Source: an uncultured Gemmatimonadaceae bacterium
Lineage (GTDB): Bacteria > Gemmatimonadota > Gemmatimonadetes > Gemmatimonadales > Gemmatimonadaceae
Length of the DNA stretch: 64,000 nt
NCBI GenBank assembly: GCA_963716745.1
Contig: OY970320.1
Coordinates: 2,944,001-3,008,000, forward strand
Direction of reading: 5' to 3'
In this document: positions 56,289 through 64,000 of the stretch, piece by piece
Position numbering within the stretch: the first letter of the stretch is position 1
Layout: every line of letters begins with the position of its first letter
Position numbers and translations under genes: made by a program
The notes under the pieces: generated by a model
The model's database searches: none
Told to the model about the DNA's origin: nothing
Seen by the model: only the letters and a program-made list of their open reading frames with translations

Positions 56289-57563
56289 CTACTCCGACTT
56301 GTAAACGACGCCGTTCTTCATCACGAAATTGACATGCGCCATGAGGGAGATGTCCTTGATCGGGTCCCCCTTCACGGCCACGATGTCGGCGTATTTTCCC
56401 GCCTTGATGGAGCCGAGCATCTTGGATTGTCCCAGGAGATCGGCGGCGGAAACGGTGGCCGCCTGGAGCGCCTGCATCGGCGTCATCCCGTACTTCACCA
56501 TGAGTTCGAATTCGCGGCCGGGATAGCGGAAGCCGCACACGGCGTTGTCGGTGCCGTACGCGATCTTTACGCCGGCTTTCACCGCCTTCGTGAAGCTCGC
56601 CATGTGGATCGCGGCGACGCTGTCGTGCATCAGGAAATCCTTGGGCAGATTGGGATTCACCTGGATACAGCTGTGCACCTCGAGCGTGGGCACGAGGTAC
56701 GTGCCTTTCTCCTTCATCATCGCGATCACTTCGTCGTCCAGGAAACTGCCGTGCTCGATGGACGCGACACCCGCGCGCACCGCGTTCTTGATCCCGTTCA
56801 CGTTGTGCCCGTGCGCCGCGACTCTGAGTCCGAAGTTGTTCGCCTCGTCCACGATCGCGGCGAGTTCCTCATAGGTGAATTCGCGCGCGAGATGATTGCT
56901 GTTGTGCGTGAGGATGGCGCCGGTGACGAGTACCTTGATCACGTTCACGTTCTGGCCCGCGAGCAGCCGCACTTTCTGGCGTCCCTCCCATGGGCTGTTC
57001 GCCTCGCCGAACTTGAGGTCCCACGGCAGCGTGATGTCAGGCGCCAATCCGGTCATTGCGCCGGCGCCGCCGGTAATCGTGATGTACGCGCCCGCGACGA
57101 ACATGCGCGGACCCGGGAAGATCCCCGCCGCGATCGCGTCGCGCATCGCGACATCGACGAGCGCGCGGTACGTGCCCACATCGCGTACGGTGGTGAATCC
57201 CTCGAAGAGCACCGTCTTCGCGTTGGGGATCGAGACGTATGCCTCCTGCGCTGCCGTGCGCTCCAGCTCGTGCAGCGGCTCGGGGTCGGTGGTCCACGGC
57301 GCGATAAGGTGGCTGTGCATGTCGAACAGCCCGGGCATCACGGTCATGCCGGAGAGATCGACGACGGTCGCATCCTTGGGGATCGTGAGGGACGGACCGA
57401 CGGCCTGGATCAGACCATCCTTGATCAGGATGATCTGATTCGAGAGAACAGTGCCGGCGTCGGCATCGATGAATTTTCCGGCCTTGATGGCGGTGACTTG
57501 GGCGCTGAGTGATGCGACTGAGATCGTCGTGGCAGCGAGGGCATAGCGGAACGCGCGGATCAT
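56289..57563 (-). CDS. Exported amidohydrolase (tandem paralog)
   Basis: PGLFDMHSH, GFTTVRD, AAHGH, SIEHG, YGTD and FVMKNGVVYK motifs. Confidence 0.9.
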   Translation of the reverse strand: MIRAFRYALAATTISVASLSAQVTAIKAGKFIDADAGTVLSNQIILIKDGLIQAVGPSLTIPKDATVVDLSGMTVMPGLFDMHSHLIAPWTTDPEPLHELERTAAQEAYVSIPNAKTVLFEGFTTVRDVGTYRALVDVAMRDAIAAGIFPGPRMFVAGAYITITGGAGAMTGLAPDITLPWDLKFGEANSPWEGRQKVRLLAGQNVNVIKVLVTGAILTHNSNHLAREFTYEELAAIVDEANNFGLRVAAHGHNVNGIKNAVRAGVASIEHGSFLDDEVIAMMKEKGTYLVPTLEVHSCIQVNPNLPKDFLMHDSVAAIHMASFTKAVKAGVKIAYGTDNAVCGFRYPGREFELMVKYGMTPMQALQAATVSAADLLGQSKMLGSIKAGKYADIVAVKGDPIKDISLMAHVNFVMKNGVVYKSE

Positions 57564-57592
57564 CGAGTGATCTCCGATAAGAGGCGGGATTG

Positions 57593-57732
57593 GAACCGCG
57601 AAGAGCGGGGCTGGTACCGCCGACGGCGTCTGTGGCGTTGGCGTTGGGCACTGCGAGTTCCAGGGAAGCCGCAGTGCCCAACGCCAACGCCATCGCGCCG
57701 TCAGCGGTACCAACCCCGCCGTCAGCGGTACG
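57593..57732 (+). repeat. Family D element, copy 3
   Basis: Same arms as 45634-45772. Confidence 0.9.
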
Positions 57733-57735
57733 CTG

Positions 57736-59304
57736 TTACTGCGTGCACCGAAACTGCACCGCCATCCTCGCCCCGTCGAGATGCACCGGATCTCCCAGCT
57801 TCACGGGACTCGCCGCGTTCGCGCGGATCGCGGCGATCGCGGCGCCCGCTTCGTCCAGCGTGTCGATCACCACCATCCACCCGGCGCCCGCCGCGCAGGC
57901 GCTCATCGTCACCCGTTCCTCGGCCGATCGCAGTGCGGGAGCGCCGCGCGTTTCGCGCAGATCGGGGGAGAGCAGGGGCGCCGCCTTCAATCCTGTGGCC
58001 TGCGCCACAAGTGGATCATCGGCGGTGAGGATCACGGCGTCCCGCGGCAATGTGGCGGCCCACGTCACCACCGGCGCGTACGCCTCGGCCTCGTGGCGCT
58101 GCGGCACGATCCAGCCGTCGTTGCGGTAGCCGCGAATGTTGAGGCGCGCGCAGGTCGCCACGGGCAGGAGCAGCAACACTGCGGCGATCGCGGCGCGCGG
58201 GACTTTCGCGACATAGCGTTCCGGCACGAGCGCCGCGAGCGTACACGCGCCGCCCACCAGCAGGATCATCAGGAGCGGCAGGATCCCCCAGAGGAACCGG
58301 TCCGGGCTGATGGGCCAAATGAGCACTACGGCCAGGTAGCCCGTCGTTCCGAACAGGGCCACGGAACGCCAACCGCGCACGTGCCAGAGTCCCGCCGCCG
58401 TCGCGAGCAGCGCCAGCACCATGCCCGGAGCGCTCCACGCCTGGCGTCCCACGCGCAAGAGTCCGCTCACTTGGTGACCCATGAGCGCGAACAATTCGCC
58501 GATGCCGTTCACGCTCTCGCGCCACATGCCGCCGTAGCTGCCGTAGCTCCCCGTCCACGCCGCGGGGATCTCGTGCGCGTGCTGGCGCGTGAACGCCACC
58601 CACGCGAGCGTGGGGATGAGCATGAACGCCGCGAGCATCGCCTCGCGCTGGCGCACTGCGACTGGTTTTCCCGGCTCCGTCGCCATGCGCCACGCGACGG
58701 CGAGCGTTACCGGCAGCAGGATCGTGCGAGCGAGGGGCAAGAGCGCCGCGATCACCGCCGCGCCGATCGCTCGGCTCCGCGACGGTGGCGCGGCATCATC
58801 GGGCGCATCGGCGAGATCGAACGTCAGCCCCAGCAACAGCCACGAGAGCGGCTCGGAGAAGAGCGTGCCCGTCACGGCGCGCGCCGGCACCATGAGCACG
58901 GCGGCCGCAGCCAGGAGCGGCGCGCCCCATCCGAGCGAGAAGCGCCGCGCGCCCCAGCGTCCCCACGCCACGACGCTCGCCGCCGCGAGCAAGGCATTGC
59001 CGGCCTTCAGCCAAGCGATCGACCCCAACGCGGCCACCGGCGGCCGCAGGAGGCTCCACAGCGCGAGCCACGCTGGGTAGAGCGGAGGATAGTGCACCCC
59101 CGCCGGCGCGCCCGGGAGCGCGGTGTGATGGTAGCCCGCCCCGGCGAGCAGACTCTTCGCGAGATCGGCATAGATCCCGTCGTCGTAGAACACGCCCACC
59201 GGCATCGCGTCGCCGCGCGTGAGCGCGAGCACCGCCAGCGTGGCGAGCGCCGCCGCCCAGGGCGCGGCGGCGCTCAGCCGGTGTGCGGACGCGCCGCGCG
59301 TCAC
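57736..59304 (-). CDS. Polytopic membrane protein, GT-C/ArnT-like glycosyltransferase
   Basis: FYDDGIY..LAKSL, HYPPLYP, FSEPL and DRFLW motifs; many TM segments. Confidence 0.65.
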   Translation of the reverse strand: MTRGASAHRLSAAAPWAAALATLAVLALTRGDAMPVGVFYDDGIYADLAKSLLAGAGYHHTALPGAPAGVHYPPLYPAWLALWSLLRPPVAALGSIAWLKAGNALLAAASVVAWGRWGARRFSLGWGAPLLAAAAVLMVPARAVTGTLFSEPLSWLLLGLTFDLADAPDDAAPPSRSRAIGAAVIAALLPLARTILLPVTLAVAWRMATEPGKPVAVRQREAMLAAFMLIPTLAWVAFTRQHAHEIPAAWTGSYGSYGGMWRESVNGIGELFALMGHQVSGLLRVGRQAWSAPGMVLALLATAAGLWHVRGWRSVALFGTTGYLAVVLIWPISPDRFLWGILPLLMILLVGGACTLAALVPERYVAKVPRAAIAAVLLLLPVATCARLNIRGYRNDGWIVPQRHEAEAYAPVVTWAATLPRDAVILTADDPLVAQATGLKAAPLLSPDLRETRGAPALRSAEERVTMSACAAGAGWMVVIDTLDEAGAAIAAIRANAASPVKLGDPVHLDGARMAVQFRCTQ

Positions 59305-61520
59305 TCCACGCGCTTCGGCTGCTGGAGCAGTTCGTTCACACGCACGGCGTTCGCGAGCGCTTGCGCCTGCTTGTTCATCTTCGCGGCGGACGCCGTGTCA
59401 CCGCGCTGCAGGTACGCCTCACCGAGCACTGCCGCGGTCACCACATAACGCGTCGGAATGTCGGCACTGGCGCGATCGACCCAGCGGTCCATGCGCATGA
59501 GGGTCGCGGGTCCGGCATACACGGAATCCCATAGCGTCTTCGAGCCGATCAAATCGATGGCGCCGAATCCCTGGATCGGCACGTATCGCGGCGACACCGG
59601 CGCAGGCACCGGATTCAACTTGGTGAGGATCCCTTCCTGAATGAGGTACCGCCCGAATCCGAGCTGCTGGCCGTAGCCCGCACTCGAGAAATACATCGGG
59701 CGCTGCGGGAAGGCGTCCTTGATCATGCGGAGCACCAGCATCTGGTCGCGCGTGTAGACACCCGGCCGGAGCACCGCCGTGATGGAATCCTTCACGAACG
59801 TCGCGCCCTTGGGCAGTTCCTGGTAGCCCGGCACCGCGTCCGCCTCTTCGAGCGTGAGCGTGAGCGGCGGCACGGTGGGCACGGGCCACGCGCGGTCGCG
59901 ATAGATCGCGGGGCCCTTCGCCGCATCGTACGGCCGCGGTTTGCGGCGGATGATCTGCCGCACGTACCAGTCGGTGTTGAGCAGCGACGTCACGGCCACC
60001 GTCACATCCTGCCGCACGCCTTCCACTTCCTGCGCGTACCAGAGCGGGAATGTGTCGTTGTCGCCATTGGTGACCACCACGCCATACGGCTCCACGGTGT
60101 TGAGCAGGTCCACCGCCCAATCGCGCGTGAACGTGTCGCCTTTGCGCGGCGCGTCGTGCCAATTGAACACGAGCGGCACGAACGCGAAGAGCAGCAACGG
60201 GCTCGCGAAGAGCCAACTCTTCCGCGGGAATCGCGGCAGTCCGTCATTCTTGCCGCTCTGGACCGCGGCATCGGACGTGAAGAGCAATGCGACGATCTCC
60301 CAGAGCCACACGAGTCCGAGCGCGGCCCACACGCTCCACGCCGAATAGCTCCACAAGTAGAAATAATCGCGGTCGCGCACTTCGCGCGGCACGGTGTTGC
60401 CGAGCTCCGGCGACTGCGAAAAGCCGTACTTGAAATTCATGTAGTAGATGAGCGCGAGCGTCACCGTGAAGATCAGCGGCCCGAAGAACCAGAAGCTCAG
60501 CCGGTCGCGTTGCCAGTGCGCGATGCCGCCGAGCAATCCGAGCAGGAAGAAGATCGCGGCGAACGCGAACTGGCGTCCGTAGTGGTTCTCGTACGGATCG
60601 CGCTCGAATTGCCACGTGAAATAGTGCCACCACATGCCGATCTGACCCGCGAAGAAATCGGTCTGTCGCTGGGATAGGTCGGGCTTCCCGAACTGCACGC
60701 GGTTGATGTTGTCCTCCAGCCGCTGCTTGGTGGTGGCGGAGAAGGTGCAATCCCAGTGGAACTCGGTCATGCAGCCCGTCGGCTCGCCTTCATTGATCGC
60801 CGGGAAATGTGCGCTCCGGATGGGCTCGAAGGTGAACACGGTCATGCCGAGTGCCATCGCGAGCAGCGCGCCGGCCACGAGTTTCCACCGCAGGACGGTC
60901 TGCCACCGGCGCGCGAGCACCGCGACGCCCACCGCGGGCATCACGAGGAAGCCGGCCGGATGGTTCGTGTAGCCGAGCCCGATCAGATACGCGATGAGGA
61001 TGAGGATCTTGTCGGCCTTCGGGCCGTCCGGGTCATCGCACCAGAGTACGGTGAGCCAGCTCACGATCGCGAAGAAGGCGAGCGACAGGGTATACGGCTT
61101 CTCGTTCACCACACTCTGGCTCCAGACCGTGAACACGGTCGCGCCAATGAGCGTCGCGACGGCGGCGCCGGTGATCCGCTGCCACTTCTCGGGCAGCCAA
61201 TACGAGAGCACGCGCTCGACGATCAGGAACCACATGCCGCTCGACACCGCGCTCGCGAGCGCGGCCAACGAGTTTACCTTCACCGCCGCGCCCGCGCCGA
61301 TCGGCAGCAGCGTGAAGAAGCGCCCGATGATCACGAAGAACGGATTGCCCGGCGGGTGCGGGAGCCCGAAGGTGTACGCCGCCGTGATGTACTCGCTGGC
61401 GTCCCACATCGCGGTGCTCGGTGCGAGCGTGTAGAGATAGAGCAGGAAGACCGCCAGCGACGCGATGCCGGCGGCAAGATACGAGGGGCGATGGTCGAGC
61501 GCGGGAGCCTTCGGCGGCAT
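59301..61520 (-). CDS. DUF2723 / TMEM260-like GT-C membrane protein
   Basis: TLAPS..WDASEY..LPHPPGNP, EVRDRDYFY and GDNDTFPLWYAQEVEG motifs. Confidence 0.88.
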   Translation of the reverse strand: MPPKAPALDHRPSYLAAGIASLAVFLLYLYTLAPSTAMWDASEYITAAYTFGLPHPPGNPFFVIIGRFFTLLPIGAGAAVKVNSLAALASAVSSGMWFLIVERVLSYWLPEKWQRITGAAVATLIGATVFTVWSQSVVNEKPYTLSLAFFAIVSWLTVLWCDDPDGPKADKILILIAYLIGLGYTNHPAGFLVMPAVGVAVLARRWQTVLRWKLVAGALLAMALGMTVFTFEPIRSAHFPAINEGEPTGCMTEFHWDCTFSATTKQRLEDNINRVQFGKPDLSQRQTDFFAGQIGMWWHYFTWQFERDPYENHYGRQFAFAAIFFLLGLLGGIAHWQRDRLSFWFFGPLIFTVTLALIYYMNFKYGFSQSPELGNTVPREVRDRDYFYLWSYSAWSVWAALGLVWLWEIVALLFTSDAAVQSGKNDGLPRFPRKSWLFASPLLLFAFVPLVFNWHDAPRKGDTFTRDWAVDLLNTVEPYGVVVTNGDNDTFPLWYAQEVEGVRQDVTVAVTSLLNTDWYVRQIIRRKPRPYDAAKGPAIYRDRAWPVPTVPPLTLTLEEADAVPGYQELPKGATFVKDSITAVLRPGVYTRDQMLVLRMIKDAFPQRPMYFSSAGYGQQLGFGRYLIQEGILTKLNPVPAPVSPRYVPIQGFGAIDLIGSKTLWDSVYAGPATLMRMDRWVDRASADIPTRYVVTAAVLGEAYLQRGDTASAAKMNKQAQALANAVRVNELLQQPKRVE

Positions 61521-61533
61521 CAGGGATCCGGGA

Positions 61534-62160
61534 TCAGGAGAGTGGTCTGAGCGCCGCGCGCACCGGCGCGGCGTCGAGGCCGGCGAGCTTCACCGGCAAC
61601 GCGAGCAGTTCGTACATACCATCCGCGGTGCCGCGGAGGTCCAGATTCTCGAGAATGTACGCGCCGCCGGCGAAGAGCGCTCGGTGCGCGGGAAGGGTCT
61701 TGCTCTCACGCTCATCGACGCTGGGTGCATCGACCCCGAGCAATTTGAGGCCGCGCGCAATGAGCGCCTCGATGGCCGCCACCGACAGCACCGGCCACGC
61801 CGCGGGGAACGTGCCGCCGGCGATCGAACAGTTCGTGCGCAGCAACAACCGCTCGATCGGCGCGGTGCCCAGCGCTGCGAGGTCGGATGGTTCGAGCGCG
61901 CGCGGTGCGGCACTGATCGTGAGCACCCGTGCCGGGCCCGCGAACGCATCCAGGGGCATCGCGTCCGCCGCCGCCCAGCCATCGCTCACGTGCAGCGGTG
62001 CGTCGGCGTGCGTGCCGCAATGCGGGCTCGTGGTGAATGCCGACAGGTTCACGCTCGCGCCAGCGGCGATCCGCCAGGTCCAGCCGCAGCTGTACGGTGT
62101 GTCGCCCGGCCACTCCGGCGTGCCGGGCGTCAGCGCGATGGAGATGTCGCGCAGCGTCAC
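61534..62160 (-). CDS. kynB: Kynurenine formamidase (cyclase family)
   Basis: WPGD, HCGTHADAPLH, GVDAPSVD, ILENL and DAAPVRA motifs; overlaps the kynA stop. Confidence 0.88.
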   Translation of the reverse strand: MTLRDISIALTPGTPEWPGDTPYSCGWTWRIAAGASVNLSAFTTSPHCGTHADAPLHVSDGWAAADAMPLDAFAGPARVLTISAAPRALEPSDLAALGTAPIERLLLRTNCSIAGGTFPAAWPVLSVAAIEALIARGLKLLGVDAPSVDERESKTLPAHRALFAGGAYILENLDLRGTADGMYELLALPVKLAGLDAAPVRAALRPLS

Positions 62161-62897
62161 TTCGACGGGCCCGCGCCGAACACGCGCGAACGCACTTCCC
62201 AGAGGGCGGGGAAGAAGCGCTGGCTTACGGTGCGCGACAGGTACTTCGCGCCGAGCGTGCCGCCGGTGCCGGACGTGCCGGGGCCGATGATGCGTTCCAC
62301 GAGCTGCACGTGCAGGAAGCGCCATCGCGCGAAGCCCTGCTCGTACTCCAGCAGCTCCTCCGCGAGCAGGAACAGCGGCGTCGCCTCGGCGCCGGCGGTG
62401 TAGATCGACTCCGCGCTCTCCCCGTTCGACTTGAGCACCGCCTCGAAGAGCGACTGCAGCGTGGGGCGCGAGAGCCATTGCTGCACGATGGCGGGCGGCG
62501 CGCCGTGCTCACTCACCGCGTTCAGGAACGTCTGCTCGCGCAGCCCGCTCGCGGCCTCGATCGCGCGGAACTGCGCGCTCTGCGAGCCGCTGGATGTGCC
62601 GAGCGAACCGCGGAATTGCGCGAACCGCTGCGGCGGGAGCGTATCGAGCGCGGAGAGCTGGTCGGCCACGATCCGCACGAGCGCGTTGAGGCGTTTGGTC
62701 ACGAAGATGGCGCCGGTGACGTCGTGCGCCTCGAGGCGCGCGAACAGCCCCTCCATCTCGCGCAGGATCACCTTGAACCAGAGCTCGCTCGCCTGATGCA
62801 CCACGATGAACAGCAGTTCGTCGGGTTGCTCGGGCTTGGACTGCGCCCGCTGCAGCGAGAGCAGCTCGTCGAGCGCGAGATACGTGGGATAATCCAT
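62157..62897 (-). CDS. kynA: Tryptophan 2,3-dioxygenase
   Basis: YLALDELLSLQ, DELLFIVVHQASELWFK, SSGSQSAQFR, WRFLH..VERIIG and GTGG motifs. Confidence 0.92.
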   Translation of the reverse strand: MDYPTYLALDELLSLQRAQSKPEQPDELLFIVVHQASELWFKVILREMEGLFARLEAHDVTGAIFVTKRLNALVRIVADQLSALDTLPPQRFAQFRGSLGTSSGSQSAQFRAIEAASGLREQTFLNAVSEHGAPPAIVQQWLSRPTLQSLFEAVLKSNGESAESIYTAGAEATPLFLLAEELLEYEQGFARWRFLHVQLVERIIGPGTSGTGGTLGAKYLSRTVSQRFFPALWEVRSRVFGAGPSK

Positions 62898-62902
62898 GGC
62901 GG

Positions 62903-63625
62903 TCAGAAGGACGACACGTCGAGCATGGCGAGATCATCCACTTTCATCGTTTCGCTCGTGTGGAACGGCTCGCCATAGCGGGCGCGGATGAGCGAGCCGT
63001 AGTGCGCGGAGTGATGGCGGATGATCTCGAAGAGCGAATCGGTGTTGGGGAACACCTCGCCTGCCTGCACGGCGCCGGCGAATTGCGATTCGTATGCGCG
63101 CACCGCCTCCATCTTCTGCTCGAACACATCCGTGATGTCCACCACGAACGTCGGCTTCACGTGATCCTCGCGGTAACTCAGGCAGTGGATCACTTTCCGC
63201 GGACGGTGCGCCTTGGCGCCAGCGGCCGCGTACTTCGCGAGGCCGGAGAGGAAGCACGCGTCGCGCACGAGTTCGGCGGTGATGCGATGATCGGGGTGGC
63301 GGCCGCCGAACGCCGGCGCGAGCACGACCTGCGGCTGGAGCCGCCGGATCTCGTGCACGAGCGCGGCGCGTGATTCATCCGTGTTGTGGATGCCGGCGTC
63401 GGGCAGACCGAGATTCACGCGCTCGGCGATCCCAAGGATCTCCGCCGCGCGCGCCGCTTCCTTCTCGCGGAGCTCGGCCGAGCCGCGAGTGCCCATCTCG
63501 CCACGCGTGAGATCGACGATCGCCGTGCGATGACCTTGCTTGGCGCTGCGGGCGAGCGTACCGCCGCAGGTGAGTTCGACATCATCTCGGTGCGCAGCGA
63601 TGGCGAGAATTGTTACCGGTGACAT
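62903..63625 (-). CDS. bshB1: Bacillithiol biosynthesis deacetylase BshB1 (PIG-L family)
   Basis: AAHRDDVELTCGG, DLTRGEMGTRGS, RHPDH and YESQF motifs. Confidence 0.85.
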   Translation of the reverse strand: MSPVTILAIAAHRDDVELTCGGTLARSAKQGHRTAIVDLTRGEMGTRGSAELREKEAARAAEILGIAERVNLGLPDAGIHNTDESRAALVHEIRRLQPQVVLAPAFGGRHPDHRITAELVRDACFLSGLAKYAAAGAKAHRPRKVIHCLSYREDHVKPTFVVDITDVFEQKMEAVRAYESQFAGAVQAGEVFPNTDSLFEIIRHHSAHYGSLIRARYGEPFHTSETMKVDDLAMLDVSSF

Positions 63626-63660
63626 GGCGGGGAATATACTCACCGCCGACGGCGTTCATA

Positions 63661-63800
63661 GAACCGCTGAGGGCGGGGTTTGTACCGCGAGAGGCGTGTG
63701 TGGCGTTAGCGTTGGGAACGGTGACTACCGAGGGATCCGCGGTTCCCAGCGCCAACGCCACACACGACGTCAGCGGTACCAACCCCGCCTCACGCGGTAC
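63661..63800 (+). repeat. Family D element, copy 4
   Basis: Same arms as 45634-45772. Confidence 0.9.
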
Positions 63801-63831
63801 TACCATCGCCGTTGCCGATATACATTCCATC

Positions 63832-64000
63832 GTGCCCGATACGCCCAGCTGGTCTGAACTCGGCGCCCTCTGGCCCAACCGGAGTGCGAGCCGCTTCGTC
63901 GAGGCGGGCGGGCAGCGCTGGCATGTGCAACTCTTCGGCGACGGGCCGCCGCTGCTCCTCATTCACGGGACGGGCGCCGCGACCCACACATGGCGTGATC
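63832..64000 (+). CDS. bchO: Alpha/beta hydrolase, BchO-like, N-terminus; runs off the right edge
   Basis: Manual translation from GTG: PDTPSWSELGALWPNRSASRFVEAGGQRWHVQLFGDGPPLLLIHGTGAATHTWRD. The WPNR..SRFV..G..WHVQ and HGTGA motifs match BchO as I recall it. Confidence 0.7.
   Translation, partial: MPDTPSWSELGALWPNRSASRFVEAGGQRWHVQLFGDGPPLLLIHGTGAATHTWRD

Noticed and set aside
5434..57738. Bona fide integron cassette array (attC sites)
   Set aside because: Ends do not fit RYYYAAC/GTTRRRY strictly, flanking genes are housekeeping in mixed orientation and no integrase is present; only the analogy is kept.
518..61550. Numerous long antisense or alternate-frame ORFs (e.g. 6079..8109, 11368..13461, 46762..48759, 50420..52642, 57781..59448)
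   Set aside because: They are Arg/Ala/Gly-rich shadows expected at this GC content, overlap well-supported genes and carry no recognisable motifs.

Overview
High-GC bacterial chromosomal segment. Gene content and order (ffs-dnaX-ybaB-recR-mglB-mglA-pgsA, a Ser/Thr kinase starting with a short helix, bshB1, many exported proteins) suggest Gemmatimonadota; this is inference. It is mostly housekeeping and envelope genes: amidase, class II RNR nrdJ, pyk, class II FBP aldolase, ltaE, SRP RNA, dnaX/recR, mglBA, cinA, grpE/dnaJ, deoC plus double ALDH, iscS/mnmA, kynA/kynB, bshB1. I saw no rRNA, tRNA, CRISPR array, integrase or intact transposase. Five things stand out. (1) At least six sequence-unrelated families of short palindromic elements. 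Many end in AAC...GTT and abut rare TAA stop codons, one sits beside a degenerate GxxExxY nuclease gene, and some are read in frame inside proteins (DnaX, ALDH). (2) A co-oriented run encoding a degenerate [FeFe]-hydrogenase/Nar1-like membrane protein, a sulfocyanin-like copper protein, a membrane GGDEF protein and an orphan lasso-B2 protease. (3) A protein with ten tandem D-S-[AILVT] motifs, in a window that also encodes two GT-C-like glycosyltransferases. (4) A BchO-like gene at the right edge. (5) Several frameshifts in conserved genes that look like assembly indels. All product calls rest on motif recognition by eye; no database search was run.
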